From: Wolbachia endosymbiont of Litomosoides sigmodontis
GTDB taxonomy: Bacteria > Pseudomonadota > Alphaproteobacteria > Rickettsiales > Anaplasmataceae
Direction: 5' to 3'
Length of the DNA stretch: 32,000 nucleotides
NCBI RefSeq assembly: GCF_013365435.1
Contig: NZ_CP046577.1
Location: forward strand, 690,001 to 722,000
In this document: in pieces, positions 19,277 through 29,237 of the stretch
How the letters are laid out: each line of letters opens with the position of its first letter
How positions within the stretch are numbered: position 1 is the stretch's first letter
Made by a program: the position numbers and the translations under genes
Notes under the pieces: generated by a model
Seen by the model: only the letters and a program-made list of their open reading frames with translations
Database searches by the model: none
Told to the model about the DNA's origin: nothing

Positions 19277-21178
19277 TTAACCTAAATTAATACTCTTTAG
19301 TAGCAGTTTAGCAGCTTTTTCATAAGAAGAAGATTCCTGTTTATCTGACCCTAAATTTCTCACTGACACAGTTTTGCTTGCAACTTCATTTTTACCTACA
19401 ATCCATAATATAGGAACCTTATTTGAACTATGCAAGCGTATCTTATAACTAATTTTCTCATTGGTCAAATCGGTCTTAACCCTAACACCTTGTTCTTTTA
19501 AAACGTTACTAATTTCTATGGCATAACTGTTAGCTTCATTTGTGACAGTTAAAATGACAAGTTGTGTTGGAGCAAGCCACAGCGGAAATTTTCCTGCATA
19601 ATGCTCTATTAAAATTCCAATAAAACGTTCAAAAGTTCCAAGGATTGCCCTGTGCAACATAACAGGATGATGCTTTTGTCCATCTGCCCCTATATAAAAG
19701 GCCCCCAGACGTTCTGGTAAAATGAAATCAACTTGTAGCGTCCCACATTGCCAACTTCTGCCTATCGCATCTTTCAAAATAAATTCTAACTTTGGACCAT
19801 AAAATGCGCCTTCACCATGATTAAGTTCATAACTGAGTCCAGTTCTTTTAACAGCCTCAAGCAGCGCTTTTTCAGCTCTATCCCACACTTCATTATTTCC
19901 TGCTCTAACACTCGGACGATCTGAAAATTTTAAGGAAATTTTATTGAACCCAAGCTCTGAATATACTTCTTTTAAAAGATCACAAAATCTTACAGTCTCG
20001 GAATTAACTTGTTCTTCCGTACAAAAAATGTGTGCATCATCTTGTGTAAAGCCGCACACACGCATCAGTCCATGTAATGAACCTGAGCTTTCATTCCTAT
20101 GGCACATGCCTAGTTCTGCCATACGTATTGGCAAATCGCGATAGCTTCTTGTATAAGAGTTAAAAATTTGCACATGACAAGGACAATTCATGGGTTTTAT
20201 TGCCAGTTTTTTACTCTCAGGCTCGCCAACAATAAACATGTTTTCACGAAACTTATTCCAATGCCCAGATTTTTCCCACAACTCCTTGCTGACTAAGACA
20301 GGAGTTTTTACTTCAGTATAGCCATTGTTTACTAATTTTTTCCTTATGTAATATTCTAGAATGCTATATAAAATATAGCCCTGTTCATGCCAAAAAACTT
20401 GCCCAATAGCTTCTTCTTGAATATGAAATAAGTCCATATCCTTAGCAATTTTGCGATGGTCACGTTTTTCTATCTCTTTTAGACGCTTAAGATAAGTGTT
20501 TAGTTCAACTTTGTTTCGCCATACAGTACCATATATTCGCTGCAACATTGGACCCTTTGCATCGCCACGCCAATATGCTCCTGCGACTTTCATGAGCTTA
20601 AACGCTTTAACTTTACCAGTTGAAGGAGAGTGTGGACCGCGACATAAGTCAACAAAATCACCTTGCTTATAAACAGTTAGACTTTCACTCTCTGATATAG
20701 AAGAGATAATATCGACCTTATATTTTTCACCTATACTACTAAAAAAATCAATTGCTTGCTTACGGGTCCAAACTTCCCGAATAAATCTATGGTTACTCTT
20801 TATAATTTCTTTCATTTTCTTCTCTATTGCAGCAAAATCTTCTGTAGTAAAAGTGTGATCTGCAGCAAAATCGTAGTAGAACCCGTCCTGAATCGTTGGA
20901 CCAATAGTAACCTGAGTACTAGGAAAGAGCTCTTTTACTGCCTGAGCCATTATGTGAGCAGCATCGTGCCTTATTATATTCAAACCCTCTTCATCATTAA
21001 GTTGTATAACATCTATCTCTGCATCAGATTCAATTTCACGTGAGAGGTCATACAGCTCACCATTCACCCTTAAGGCAATTGCTTCTTTTGAAAGGTCTGG
21101 TTGTAGTATATCAAAACCAGTAACTACACTGCTATATTCTTCTACTTTTTGTTTTGCTAAAAAAGTAATTCTAATCAT
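19277..21178 (-). CDS. thrS: threonine--tRNA ligase
   Basis: N-terminal TGS domain (MIRITFLAK...), editing-domain [10 protein letters not shown], and the class II core ([34 protein letters not shown]). I placed the start at ATG 21178; the 18-codon upstream extension to 21232 is unlikely. Confidence 0.95.
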   Translation of the reverse strand: MIRITFLAKQKVEEYSSVVTGFDILQPDLSKEAIALRVNGELYDLSREIESDAEIDVIQLNDEEGLNIIRHDAAHIMAQAVKELFPSTQVTIGPTIQDGFYYDFAADHTFTTEDFAAIEKKMKEIIKSNHRFIREVWTRKQAIDFFSSIGEKYKVDIISSISESESLTVYKQGDFVDLCRGPHSPSTGKVKAFKLMKVAGAYWRGDAKGPMLQRIYGTVWRNKVELNTYLKRLKEIEKRDHRKIAKDMDLFHIQEEAIGQVFWHEQGYILYSILEYYIRKKLVNNGYTEVKTPVLVSKELWEKSGHWNKFRENMFIVGEPESKKLAIKPMNCPCHVQIFNSYTRSYRDLPIRMAELGMCHRNESSGSLHGLMRVCGFTQDDAHIFCTEEQVNSETVRFCDLLKEVYSELGFNKISLKFSDRPSVRAGNNEVWDRAEKALLEAVKRTGLSYELNHGEGAFYGPKLEFILKDAIGRSWQCGTLQVDFILPERLGAFYIGADGQKHHPVMLHRAILGTFERFIGILIEHYAGKFPLWLAPTQLVILTVTNEANSYAIEISNVLKEQGVRVKTDLTNEKISYKIRLHSSNKVPILWIVGKNEVASKTVSVRNLGSDKQESSSYEKAAKLLLKSINLG

Positions 21179-21319
21179 AAGTAAAACTTTTACACAACAA
21201 GTGGAGATCAATATTTTCCAGCATGTGAACACATTTTTTTTCGCATCTAAGTATCAAGCACTGAAATGATATAAGAGGATACCGGAATAATAGAGGTCTA
21301 ATATTGTAAACTTCTAACA

Positions 21320-21802
21320 TTAGTGATATGATATATCCTTTTTCAATCTAAGAGCTATTGCTTCTTCCCAAATTTCACCATTACGCAATAGCTTTTCTTT
21401 ATTGTACATTAGCTCCTCTCTTGTTTCTGTCGCAAACTCAAAATTAGGACCTTCAACAATTGCGTCAACAGGACACGCTTCTTGACAAAGTCCACAATAT
21501 ATACATTTTGTCATATCAATATCATAACGAGTAGTACGACGGCTACCATCTTCTCTTTCTTCTGCTTCAATAACTATTGCTTGAGCAGGGCAGATAACTT
21601 CACATAATTTACAAGCTATGCACAATTCTTCACCATTTGAGTATCTACGCAATGCATGCTCACCACGAAACCTTGGGCTTAAGTGACCCTTTTCCATAGG
21701 ATATTTAAGCGTAACTTTCGGTTTAAACGCATACCTAAGTGTAATAATAAATCCTTTGATTAACTCCACGAAGGAGTAATACCAAGCTAGTTTCTTAAGC
21801 AT
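21320..21802 (-). CDS. nuoI: NADH-quinone oxidoreductase subunit I (2x[4Fe-4S])
   Basis: Two ferredoxin motifs, [12 protein letters not shown] and [12 protein letters not shown], in 160 aa. It is not flanked by nuoH or nuoJ in this window. Confidence 0.93.
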   Translation of the reverse strand: MLKKLAWYYSFVELIKGFIITLRYAFKPKVTLKYPMEKGHLSPRFRGEHALRRYSNGEELCIACKLCEVICPAQAIVIEAEEREDGSRRTTRYDIDMTKCIYCGLCQEACPVDAIVEGPNFEFATETREELMYNKEKLLRNGEIWEEAIALRLKKDISYH

Positions 21803-21878
21803 AAAGTGTTTAAAATTTATGATGGTAATTATAAATTATGTTACCAGCTTTTAAAAGGCTTTTTTTTATGCTCGATTT

Positions 21879-22691
21879 TCAATTTTGGCAGCTATTAATT
21901 ATATTTGAATCAATTACCTTCATCCCTACAACATTATACCCTGAATCAACATGTAAAATTTCTCCGGTGGTACCACTACTTAGGTCACTTAATAAATATA
22001 GCGCTGCTTTTCCAACATCCTCAAGAGTAGTGTTGCGTCTAAGAGGAGAATTATTTCTATTCCATTCTGATATGAAGTGAAAATCACTTATTCCAGAAGA
22101 CGCTAAAGTTCTGATTGGACCAGCAGAAATAGCATTTACCCTGATATTTTGTGGACCTAAGTCACATGCTAGATACTTTACACTTGCTTCAAGTGCTGCT
22201 TTACACAAGCCCATGACGTTGTAATTTGGCATGACTTTTTCAGCACCGTAATAAGATAAAGTAAGTAAACTACCACCATTTGACATCATTTTTTCAGCCC
22301 TCTGTGCTAAGGCAGTAAAAGAATAGCATGATATATTCATCGCATTTTGAAAATTGTTCAGTGAAGTATTAACATACTTGCCACTTAATTCATTTTTGTC
22401 AGAAAATGCAATTGCATGTACCAAAAAATCAAAGGTACCCCATTTTCCTTCTATTAACTTGAAAACATCATTTATAGTTCTTTCATTTGCAACATCACAA
22501 TTCAGCACTAACTCCACATTTAATTCAGCTGCTATTGATAATAACCTCTCTCTTACTATTTCATTCTGGTAAGTGATTGCAAATTCTGCGCCATGTTCTG
22601 AGAGAGTTCTTGCTATACCATAGGCTATAGACCTCTTATTTGTTATTCCAGTTATTAATCCCTTTTTACCTTGTAGTAAACTTATTGCCAT
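21879..22691 (-). CDS. fabI: enoyl-[acyl-carrier-protein] reductase (NADH), FabI
   Basis: SDR fold with GITNKRSIAYGIA and a catalytic Tyr/Lys context (YNVMGLCKAALE). 270 aa. Confidence 0.92.
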   Translation of the reverse strand: MAISLLQGKKGLITGITNKRSIAYGIARTLSEHGAEFAITYQNEIVRERLLSIAAELNVELVLNCDVANERTINDVFKLIEGKWGTFDFLVHAIAFSDKNELSGKYVNTSLNNFQNAMNISCYSFTALAQRAEKMMSNGGSLLTLSYYGAEKVMPNYNVMGLCKAALEASVKYLACDLGPQNIRVNAISAGPIRTLASSGISDFHFISEWNRNNSPLRRNTTLEDVGKAALYLLSDLSSGTTGEILHVDSGYNVVGMKVIDSNIINSCQN

Positions 22692-22927
22692 AGAATTATC
22701 TATTTTTTCTAATTTGGAATATTAATTAGGTAAAGTCAACTGTGTTTAAAGTAATGTTTGGAGTCAAATTTAGTATACATCGACCTTGCATTAGATATGA
22801 ATTTTGGTAAATAGAATAGCAAAAATCTTGTGTAATCTCTTTTTCTCTTCATGGTTATTGAAAGTAACAAACTCCTTTATTTAAGGCCGAAGTTTTGCTA
22901 TCCTCACATTTTAATAACTTGAAATTA

Positions 22928-24562
22928 ATGAGTATAAACAAAAACGAATTTTTATTTCTTTTACTTGGAGGAGTAGGTAAGATTGGGATGAATGTTAGCC
23001 TATATCACTACCAAGGCAAGTGGATTATGATTGATCTTGGTATTGGTTTTGCCGATGAAACTATGCCAGGTATTGAATTATTAATCGCTGATGTAAGTTT
23101 CATTACTCAAAGGAAGAAAGATCTACTCGGAATGATAATTACACATGCACATGAAGACCACTGCGGTGCAGTGCCTTACTTGTGGGAAAAGTTACAATGC
23201 CCCATATATACAACAAAGTTCACAGTTAACTTTCTCAAGGAGAAATTAAAGAAATTTAAGCTAGAAAGTATGATATCTGTGAAAGAAGTGGACATAAATG
23301 GCAGTATAAATTTAAATCCTTTTACCATTGAATTTATAAATGTAACTCACTCAATTCCTGAAGCACATTCAATATTAGTTAGTACTGATGTAGGTAGCGC
23401 ACTTCATACTGGTGATTGGAAATTCGATCCAAAACCTATTGTTGGTTTAACTTCCAACATAAGTCGTTTAAAAGAAATTGGTGATAAAGGTAACTTACTT
23501 GCAGTAATTTGTGATTCAACAAATGTGTTAAGCAAATATAATCCTGAATCAGAAGGTGAAATTTATAATAATATTTATAATATAATAAGGAGGTCTAAAA
23601 AGCTAGTTGCCGTGTCATTATTTGCTTCAAACGTAGCACGGATTAAAACGATAGGCCAAGCTGCAAAGGTACTAGGCAGAAAAGTGGTTTTACTTGGTAA
23701 GTCCTTATGGAGAATAGTAAGAGTTGCACAAAATAGTGGATATTTAACCAATTCTGTTGAATTTTATGAAGCAAAAGATGTGGCAGATTTGCCAAGGGAG
23801 AAATTATTATTAATCTGCACTGGTTGCCAAGGCGAACCAATGGCGTCAATTTCAAAACTTGCTAATAAGAGTCATCACGCATTTAAAATGCAACAAGGTG
23901 ATACAGTGATTTTTTCGTCAAAGATTATTCCCGGCAATGAAATTCGTGCACATGGTATATTTAATGCTTTCATTAAGATGGGAGTGGAGGTTGTCACTGA
24001 AAAAACAGAACATGTTCATGCCTCTGGGCACCCAGTCAAAACAGAGCTAAGAGAAATGTATTCTTTGATAAAGCCTAAAATATCCATTCCAGTTCATGGC
24101 GAATATATTCACACGCATGCACATGTAAAATTTGCTAAAGAGTGTGGTGTGAAAAAAGCAATAATGATTGCACCAGGTGATATTGTTAACTTGGAGAGTG
24201 GAGAGAAAGTTGATTCAATTAATGTTGACTATTTTGGTATTGATGGTATGTTGCTACGTCACCCTGAGAGTAACGTTATAAAAATGCGTAGAAAGATGAG
24301 AGATGCTGGAGCTATTGTAGTAACAGTAATTGTAAACAAGAAAAATAAATTGTTGGCTAAACCAAAAGTATTTGCACCTGGTGTTTTGGAAGTAGTAGAA
24401 GATGTAGCCATCATACAAAGGATCATAAAAGCGGTTGAGTCAGCATTTAATTTACAGTCAACAAAAAAAGTAAAAAGTAAGATTGAAAGCTCAATATTTA
24501 ATATCTTAAAAGAATATTTACTAAAAAGACCTATAATTGAGGTTCAAATAGAACAGGTGTGA
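22928..24562 (+). CDS. rnj: ribonuclease J family (metallo-beta-lactamase/beta-CASP) RNA hydrolase
   Basis: HAHEDHCG (HxHxDH), with later DSTN and HASGH motifs typical of beta-CASP RNase J. ATG at 22928; the ORF track starts at TTG 22895. Confidence 0.88.
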   Translation: MSINKNEFLFLLLGGVGKIGMNVSLYHYQGKWIMIDLGIGFADETMPGIELLIADVSFITQRKKDLLGMIITHAHEDHCGAVPYLWEKLQCPIYTTKFTVNFLKEKLKKFKLESMISVKEVDINGSINLNPFTIEFINVTHSIPEAHSILVSTDVGSALHTGDWKFDPKPIVGLTSNISRLKEIGDKGNLLAVICDSTNVLSKYNPESEGEIYNNIYNIIRRSKKLVAVSLFASNVARIKTIGQAAKVLGRKVVLLGKSLWRIVRVAQNSGYLTNSVEFYEAKDVADLPREKLLLICTGCQGEPMASISKLANKSHHAFKMQQGDTVIFSSKIIPGNEIRAHGIFNAFIKMGVEVVTEKTEHVHASGHPVKTELREMYSLIKPKISIPVHGEYIHTHAHVKFAKECGVKKAIMIAPGDIVNLESGEKVDSINVDYFGIDGMLLRHPESNVIKMRRKMRDAGAIVVTVIVNKKNKLLAKPKVFAPGVLEVVEDVAIIQRIIKAVESAFNLQSTKKVKSKIESSIFNILKEYLLKRPIIEVQIEQV

Positions 24563-24620
24563 AATAGACTTCTTTTATTAACCATTATTTGAGCAAGAAG
24601 TTAACAATGTACTCTTTGAT

Positions 24621-25075
24621 GTCACCCCAACATGTGACGCTGAATCTAGAAATAAAGAATCTATATCAAGCACACAGCTGTACAAACATTGTGATTTAAG
24701 TTTACCAAGAGCATATCATGCTAATAATGTCCCTTTCTTTGCATGAATATTGCAATTTGCGGGTAATTTGTGTGTTAAATAGTGTCATTCCAGTATTCTC
24801 TTCCTGTCATTCTAGTGCATAAGCACCTTAGAATCCAGAAAAAAGAATGATGTTATCTCAGTGTCCCGACACATAACTGTACGAACATTGCGATTTGTAG
24901 GTAATTTGCATATTAGATTATGTCATTCCAGTGCCTCTTTCTTATCATTTCAGTGCGTGATACTAAGATTTAGAAAGATTAATTGTAAACAAGCACACTA
25001 TGCAACATCTTCAATAAAATTACCAAAAAACTGGACCAAAATACCATGCACTAGAATGACACTAGAGGCTGATAC
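24621..25075. repeat. cluster of short palindromic GTCAYYCCAGTG...-type motifs, including a ~92-bp unit repeated directly at 138-bp spacing
   Basis: Motif copies lie at 24621-24649, 24784-24794, 24806-24838, 24922-24934 and 24944-24973, with a reverse copy at 25048-25060 (an exact 13-bp inverse of 24806-24818). The unit 24745-24838 roughly matches 24883-24973. Confidence 0.7.
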
Positions 25076-25197
25076 TACATGCTCTGTAACACAAAAAATA
25101 TTTAAACAGTCCACGTATATTAGCCACTCTCATGACATCATCTGTATACAGTTTACCCTCAAAAACAAACTCTTGCTGGAATGATCGAGAGGAAGCC

Positions 25198-26421
25198 TAA
25201 TGAAGTGGTCCGTTCAACTAATGTTACTTCTTTTATTATTTATTTCTTATTTTACTGAAGCTGCCTTATATGTTGAAGTAAGAAAGAGCAGTGTTGATAA
25301 TATTAGTCTTATTGTGCAAATGCACATGCAAGACAGAGCTGGAAAGTGAATTAAGCGAAAATATTACAAAAATAATTGAGAAAAATTTATTTAATTGCAG
25401 TTTATTTAATGTAGAACGAGGCTTGGAATCTGAAATTCACCATTTAAATCTTGGAAAAGTGATATATTAGTTACAGTAAGCTTAAACGAAGTATCCCGGT
25501 AATGCTTTAGAGCTATCATTTCATTTATTTGATTCTTCTAAAAGAAAGAGAATTGTTTACTAAGTCAGTCATTTTCTTGCAAAAAGTTGGAGAAAAATTG
25601 CCATCTCATTTCAGATGTAATATATTATAGATTAACTGGTGAAAAGGATATTTTAATACAAAAATAGTATGTATCGCAGAAGAAAAAGATAGCAATTACA
25701 AGTCCATACGCAAAATTGCTGTTATGAATCAAGATGTGGAAGCGATATAAAATACTTAATAAACGGAAATAAACTTGTGTCAATACTTAGATTTTCACCA
25801 AATGGGGATAGTATTGTTTATATCTCATATTTAGATAGCAGAAGCTACATAACATTGAAGAATTAAAAAAACAATACTAAATCAATAGTTAGTATATTTG
25901 AAGGCGTTATTTCTGCTCCTAGATTTTTTCCTGATGGCAAATCCCTTCTCATTTCTCATTCATTTGACGGTGAGAGAAATATATTGTCTTTAGATTTAAG
26001 CAGTAAATGTACGGAAAAACTACTAAAAGTTCAGCTATAAGCACTTCTCCCTCTTTTCTCCAGATCAGAAATACATGATTTTTAATTCTGATGTAAGTGG
26101 AAGTTAACAACTTTACATTATTAATTTTATCAAAAAAAATAAAAAACCTAAAAAAATTAGTTTTGGAAGTGAAGATACGCTACACCTGTTTATTCGCCAA
26201 AGGGAGATCTTAGGAATTATGAAACTAAGATGGCAAAGGAAAACATCTACTTCCCAAAGGACACAAAATCGAATCTGCTACCAAATGGCAGAGGAATTAT
26301 CTTTACAAAAATAGAATCACAGAACAGTTCTAAACTGTATTTAGTAGATCTCGTAAAAAAAATTCACAAAATAATTCCCACTTCTACAAATGCTTATTTA
26401 CCAGATTGGTCTTACTTTTAA
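25198..26421 (+). pseudogene. tolB: tolB pseudogene (Tol-Pal periplasmic beta-propeller protein), multiple frameshifts and stops
   Basis: Signal-like N-terminus MKWSVQLMLLLLLFISYFTEAA. Propeller-repeat fragments occur in different frames: FSPNGDSIVYISYLDSRSYITLKN* (from 25792), FFPDGKSLLISHSFDGERNILSLDL, and SPDQKYMIFNSDVSGS*QLYIINF. The C-terminal fragment is ...LPNGRGIIFTKIESQNSSKLYLVDL...YLPDWS. Confidence 0.85.
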
Positions 26422-26666
26422 ATTACTGAGTTGTATATTTCTAACTACCATAGCCATTAATTTAATGCTACATCAACAAGATGTCCTACTATAGCATCAG
26501 CAATTCTTGATAAGACTGCTGTTACAACTGCTCAACAATAGGAGCAATTTTAAGTATAATTATTTCCATGACAGCAAAGTGTGGCTCCTATAGCAGTAAA
26601 TAATAACATTGAAACTATAATTATCCCTCTTCTTCCTAAAAATATCATTTTTGTGGATAGTTTATA

Positions 26667-27572
26667 CTAACTCTCATTGTTAATGAATCAAATAGGTAAC
26701 ATTGCAGAGTTGTTTAATTGCGTAGTGAGAAAGACAGGTAATAAATTTGTATAAAGCACTCTCAAACAAGACAATTGTATTGTGGACTTTATTACGCAAA
26801 ATATTCTGTTTTTATATACAATCAAAGTCCTTAGTAGGATTGAGCTCTGGTAATATGGTAGTAGATATATAATCTAGATATTTTAAAGCACTTTCAAATT
26901 TTGCGACCTGTGCTAACTAGCACTATCTATGATAAAAAAGGCCTATCTTATTCTTAGAATTGTAACATTTATTCAAGAAATATATCAATACAATCAGTGT
27001 TGACATTCAGTGCAAATAAGCTAAAACTCTTTCCATTTCTAAGATTAGCTATACTGTAGAGGCAAAAATTTTTATCTATCTAATTTTACTTTAACCTGTG
27101 TTCTAACGCCCTTTTTAAACTACCAGTGCCTAACTTTTGAATGTGGGCAAAGCCAGTTTGTTAAAGAAAAATAACTCTTGTTTAGGATACTTACCAATAA
27201 TCTCATTAAGTTTTTTTTAAACTCTTTCTGTCTACCTTTATCTTATTTATTATAAATTGGTTTTGGTGTAATATATAAAAACTTCACTTTTTATATATTA
27301 CGTTATACTGTATACTTGCTGACATTCAAGCCAAATTTTCTTAGATTCTGATTCTCATTTCTTTAATGGTAATATAATGCTTTACATACAGTCAGTGCTG
27401 TCCTTGAAATACAACATATTTTTATTGCTACTATTATAGTATACTTCTTTGCTGCAATTAAAGCATTTTAATAGATTTGGTCCAACACTTTAAAACTCGC
27501 TATTTTACTTACTTCAGTATAGCTTATTTCCTACTACTTGTCCATCCATTTCTTGTACACTGGAAATTAGTA
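26667..27572 (-). mobile_element. IS630-family relic, both termini present, internally deleted (solitary copy F)
   Basis: The right end follows TA at 26665-26666 (ctaactctcattgttaatg...), and the left end reads ...cttgtacactggaaattagta. It is collinear with the reverse complement of A2, C and G1. Confidence 0.8.
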
Positions 27573-27689
27573 TTAGAAAATAACATATGAGTTAGGTAAG
27601 TAGTTTAATTATATTAATAAGAAGAACGTGTTTACATTCGCTTTAAGGAAAAAATTCTAAATTAGATAAAAAAAAGAAAAATGTTTTCT

Positions 27690-28265
27690 AATATACAAAG
27701 GTGAAGAAGAGCTTTTATATATAAAATGGCTGCACTACTCAATCTCCAGGAAAATATAAAAATGCATCAAAACTCTTTAAAGAGGTGTTGTACATAAAAG
27801 AACTAGAAAGACAATTTTACTTCTTATCGCGCTCTCAACCAAATATATAAGATGGCCGTAACATTAAATTGCTAAGAAAAGTATGAGAAAGCGCTAGCAA
27901 AGTTTTAAAAGGTGCTAAAAGAAAAAAACTTGGAAAAAGTGACTACATGATACTTTTTATCTACTATGTACAAAATTACCATTGTATTCAGCTATCAGGA
28001 AAAATGTGAGGAGTTTTTAAAATACTTTTAAGAGGTAATCTTATAGAAAAAAACACTCTAATAACAATTAAATTTTCCTTCGTTGCATCACAAACACGAT
28101 TTACAGTATGGTTGCACATTAATTCATCAAAAAAAGTATAAGAAGGCACTAAAAAAATTTCAAGAGGCACTGAAAGTAAAAAAGGAATCTTGGTAATGAT
28201 CACTGACATTGTAGAGATAAAGCACATGATAATTAAGATTAAGGCTAAACTTCTGTGCAATTTAT
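27690..28265 (+). pseudogene. decayed TPR-repeat (42-aa, kinesin-light-chain-like) protein gene
   Basis: Four units recur every ~122-133 bp, starting at about 27752, 27879, 28001 and 28134. They encode variants of KYEKALAKFxKVLKEKKLG.../KYKKALKKFQEALKVKKESLGNDH across several frames with stops. Boundaries are approximate. Confidence 0.5.
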
Positions 28266-28732
28266 AGTCATTATTTTAATGACAAAATATGTTTAAACAC
28301 ACATATAAATAAATCAGAAAAAGTCCATTTAGGCTAGTTAAGTATAAAAGAACATATAACTACACACAACTGTAACGTAAATTGTGTTCAAAAAACATTG
28401 AAACAAGTGTCTAGATACTGACTTTTACATCACACAATTATTTCACTAAATTATAATTAAGCAGTCTCTTCTTTTTAAGAATACTAAGAAAATGTGCTTT
28501 AACTTTCTCATTAATGCTAAAATTATAACTTTCTGGAATCTTCTCTTGTTAACAAAGAAGTTGATAAAATTTTTAAAAGTGAAGATTATGTCTTTTACCC
28601 ACTATAGCTAGTATGTAAAGAACTTTGTGAGCAAGCTTAGATTCTGTTAAAATGTTTATCACCTTGTACGTACTTGGCGTAGTATGAACAACTCTAGCAG
28701 GAGCCATAGTATATTGAAACCAATATAATAGG

Positions 28733-28806
28733 TGGGATTGGTAGGGCTCGAACCTACGACCAATTCGTTATGAGCGAACTGCTCTAACCAACTGAGCTAC
28801 AATCCC
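28733..28806 (-). tRNA. tRNA with anticodon CAT (elongator Met, or Ile2 if lysidine-modified)
   Basis: A manual cloverleaf fits. Acceptor stem GGGATTG/CAATCCC; D stem GCTC/GAGC; anticodon stem GTTCG/CGAAT with loop CT-CAT-AA; T stem GTAGG/CCTAC with TTCGAGC. It lacks the initiator features (C1-A72 mismatch, three G-C pairs in the anticodon stem). Only CC, not CCA, is encoded at the 3' end. Confidence 0.9.
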
Positions 28807-28847
28807 TTTCATTAACATTTATAATATAGTGAAAACAGAGTTGTCTA

Positions 28848-29171
28848 TCAGTTTATTTTATCATCAACCCAACTTGACAAATCATTTACAGTACCAATTT
28901 TGCGCACAATTTCTCTACCATCTCGAAATATGATTAATGTAGGTATAGATTGAATTCCATATTTACCTGGCACTTCCTCTCCTTCATCTATATTGAATTT
29001 ACAGATTTTGATTTTATCTTTTTTATCTTTAGCCAACTGCTCAACACGCGGCATTAAACTTTTACATGGTCCACACCACTCTGCCCAAAAGTCTACTAGC
29101 ACGAACCCTTTGTAATCAGTGACTTCAGACTTAAAATTTTGATCATTTACTGATGTAATACTGTCACTCAT
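28848..29171 (-). CDS. trxA: thioredoxin
   Basis: WAEWCGPCK active site. A start at MSDSITS... matches the canonical TrxA N-terminus; an upstream in-frame ATG at 29183 is also possible. Confidence 0.93.
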   Translation of the reverse strand: MSDSITSVNDQNFKSEVTDYKGFVLVDFWAEWCGPCKSLMPRVEQLAKDKKDKIKICKFNIDEGEEVPGKYGIQSIPTLIIFRDGREIVRKIGTVNDLSSWVDDKIN

Positions 29172-29237
29172 AAAATACTCCATCTAATTCACAAAATATA
29201 GCGCATAAATCAGTAATTAATCAACTAAATTCTTATA

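Noticed and set aside
24861-25184. 107-aa + strand ORF (MSRHITVRTLRFVGNLHIRLCHSSASFLSFQCVILRF...).
   Set aside because: It reads through the palindromic repeat cluster. Peptides such as CHSSASFLSFQC are translations of the repeat motif itself. It has no SD and no domain.
26440-26660. Minus-strand small hydrophobic reading (MIFLGRRGIIIVSMLLFTAIGATLCCHGNNYT*...) between tolB and IS copy F.
   Set aside because: It is interrupted by stops after 32 codons, with no recognisable family. It may be a gene remnant but cannot be supported.
27988-28260. 90-aa minus-strand ORF.
   Set aside because: It is antisense to the better-supported TPR repeat units on the + strand and is a hydrophobic, low-complexity translation of an A-rich strand.
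28266-28732. Unassigned 470 bp, including a minus-strand reading MAPARVVHTTPSTYKVINILTESKLAHKVLYILAIVGKRHNLHF*.
   Set aside because: It has no motif I can assign, contains stops, and shows no RNA-like structure or GC enrichment. I leave it unannotated.
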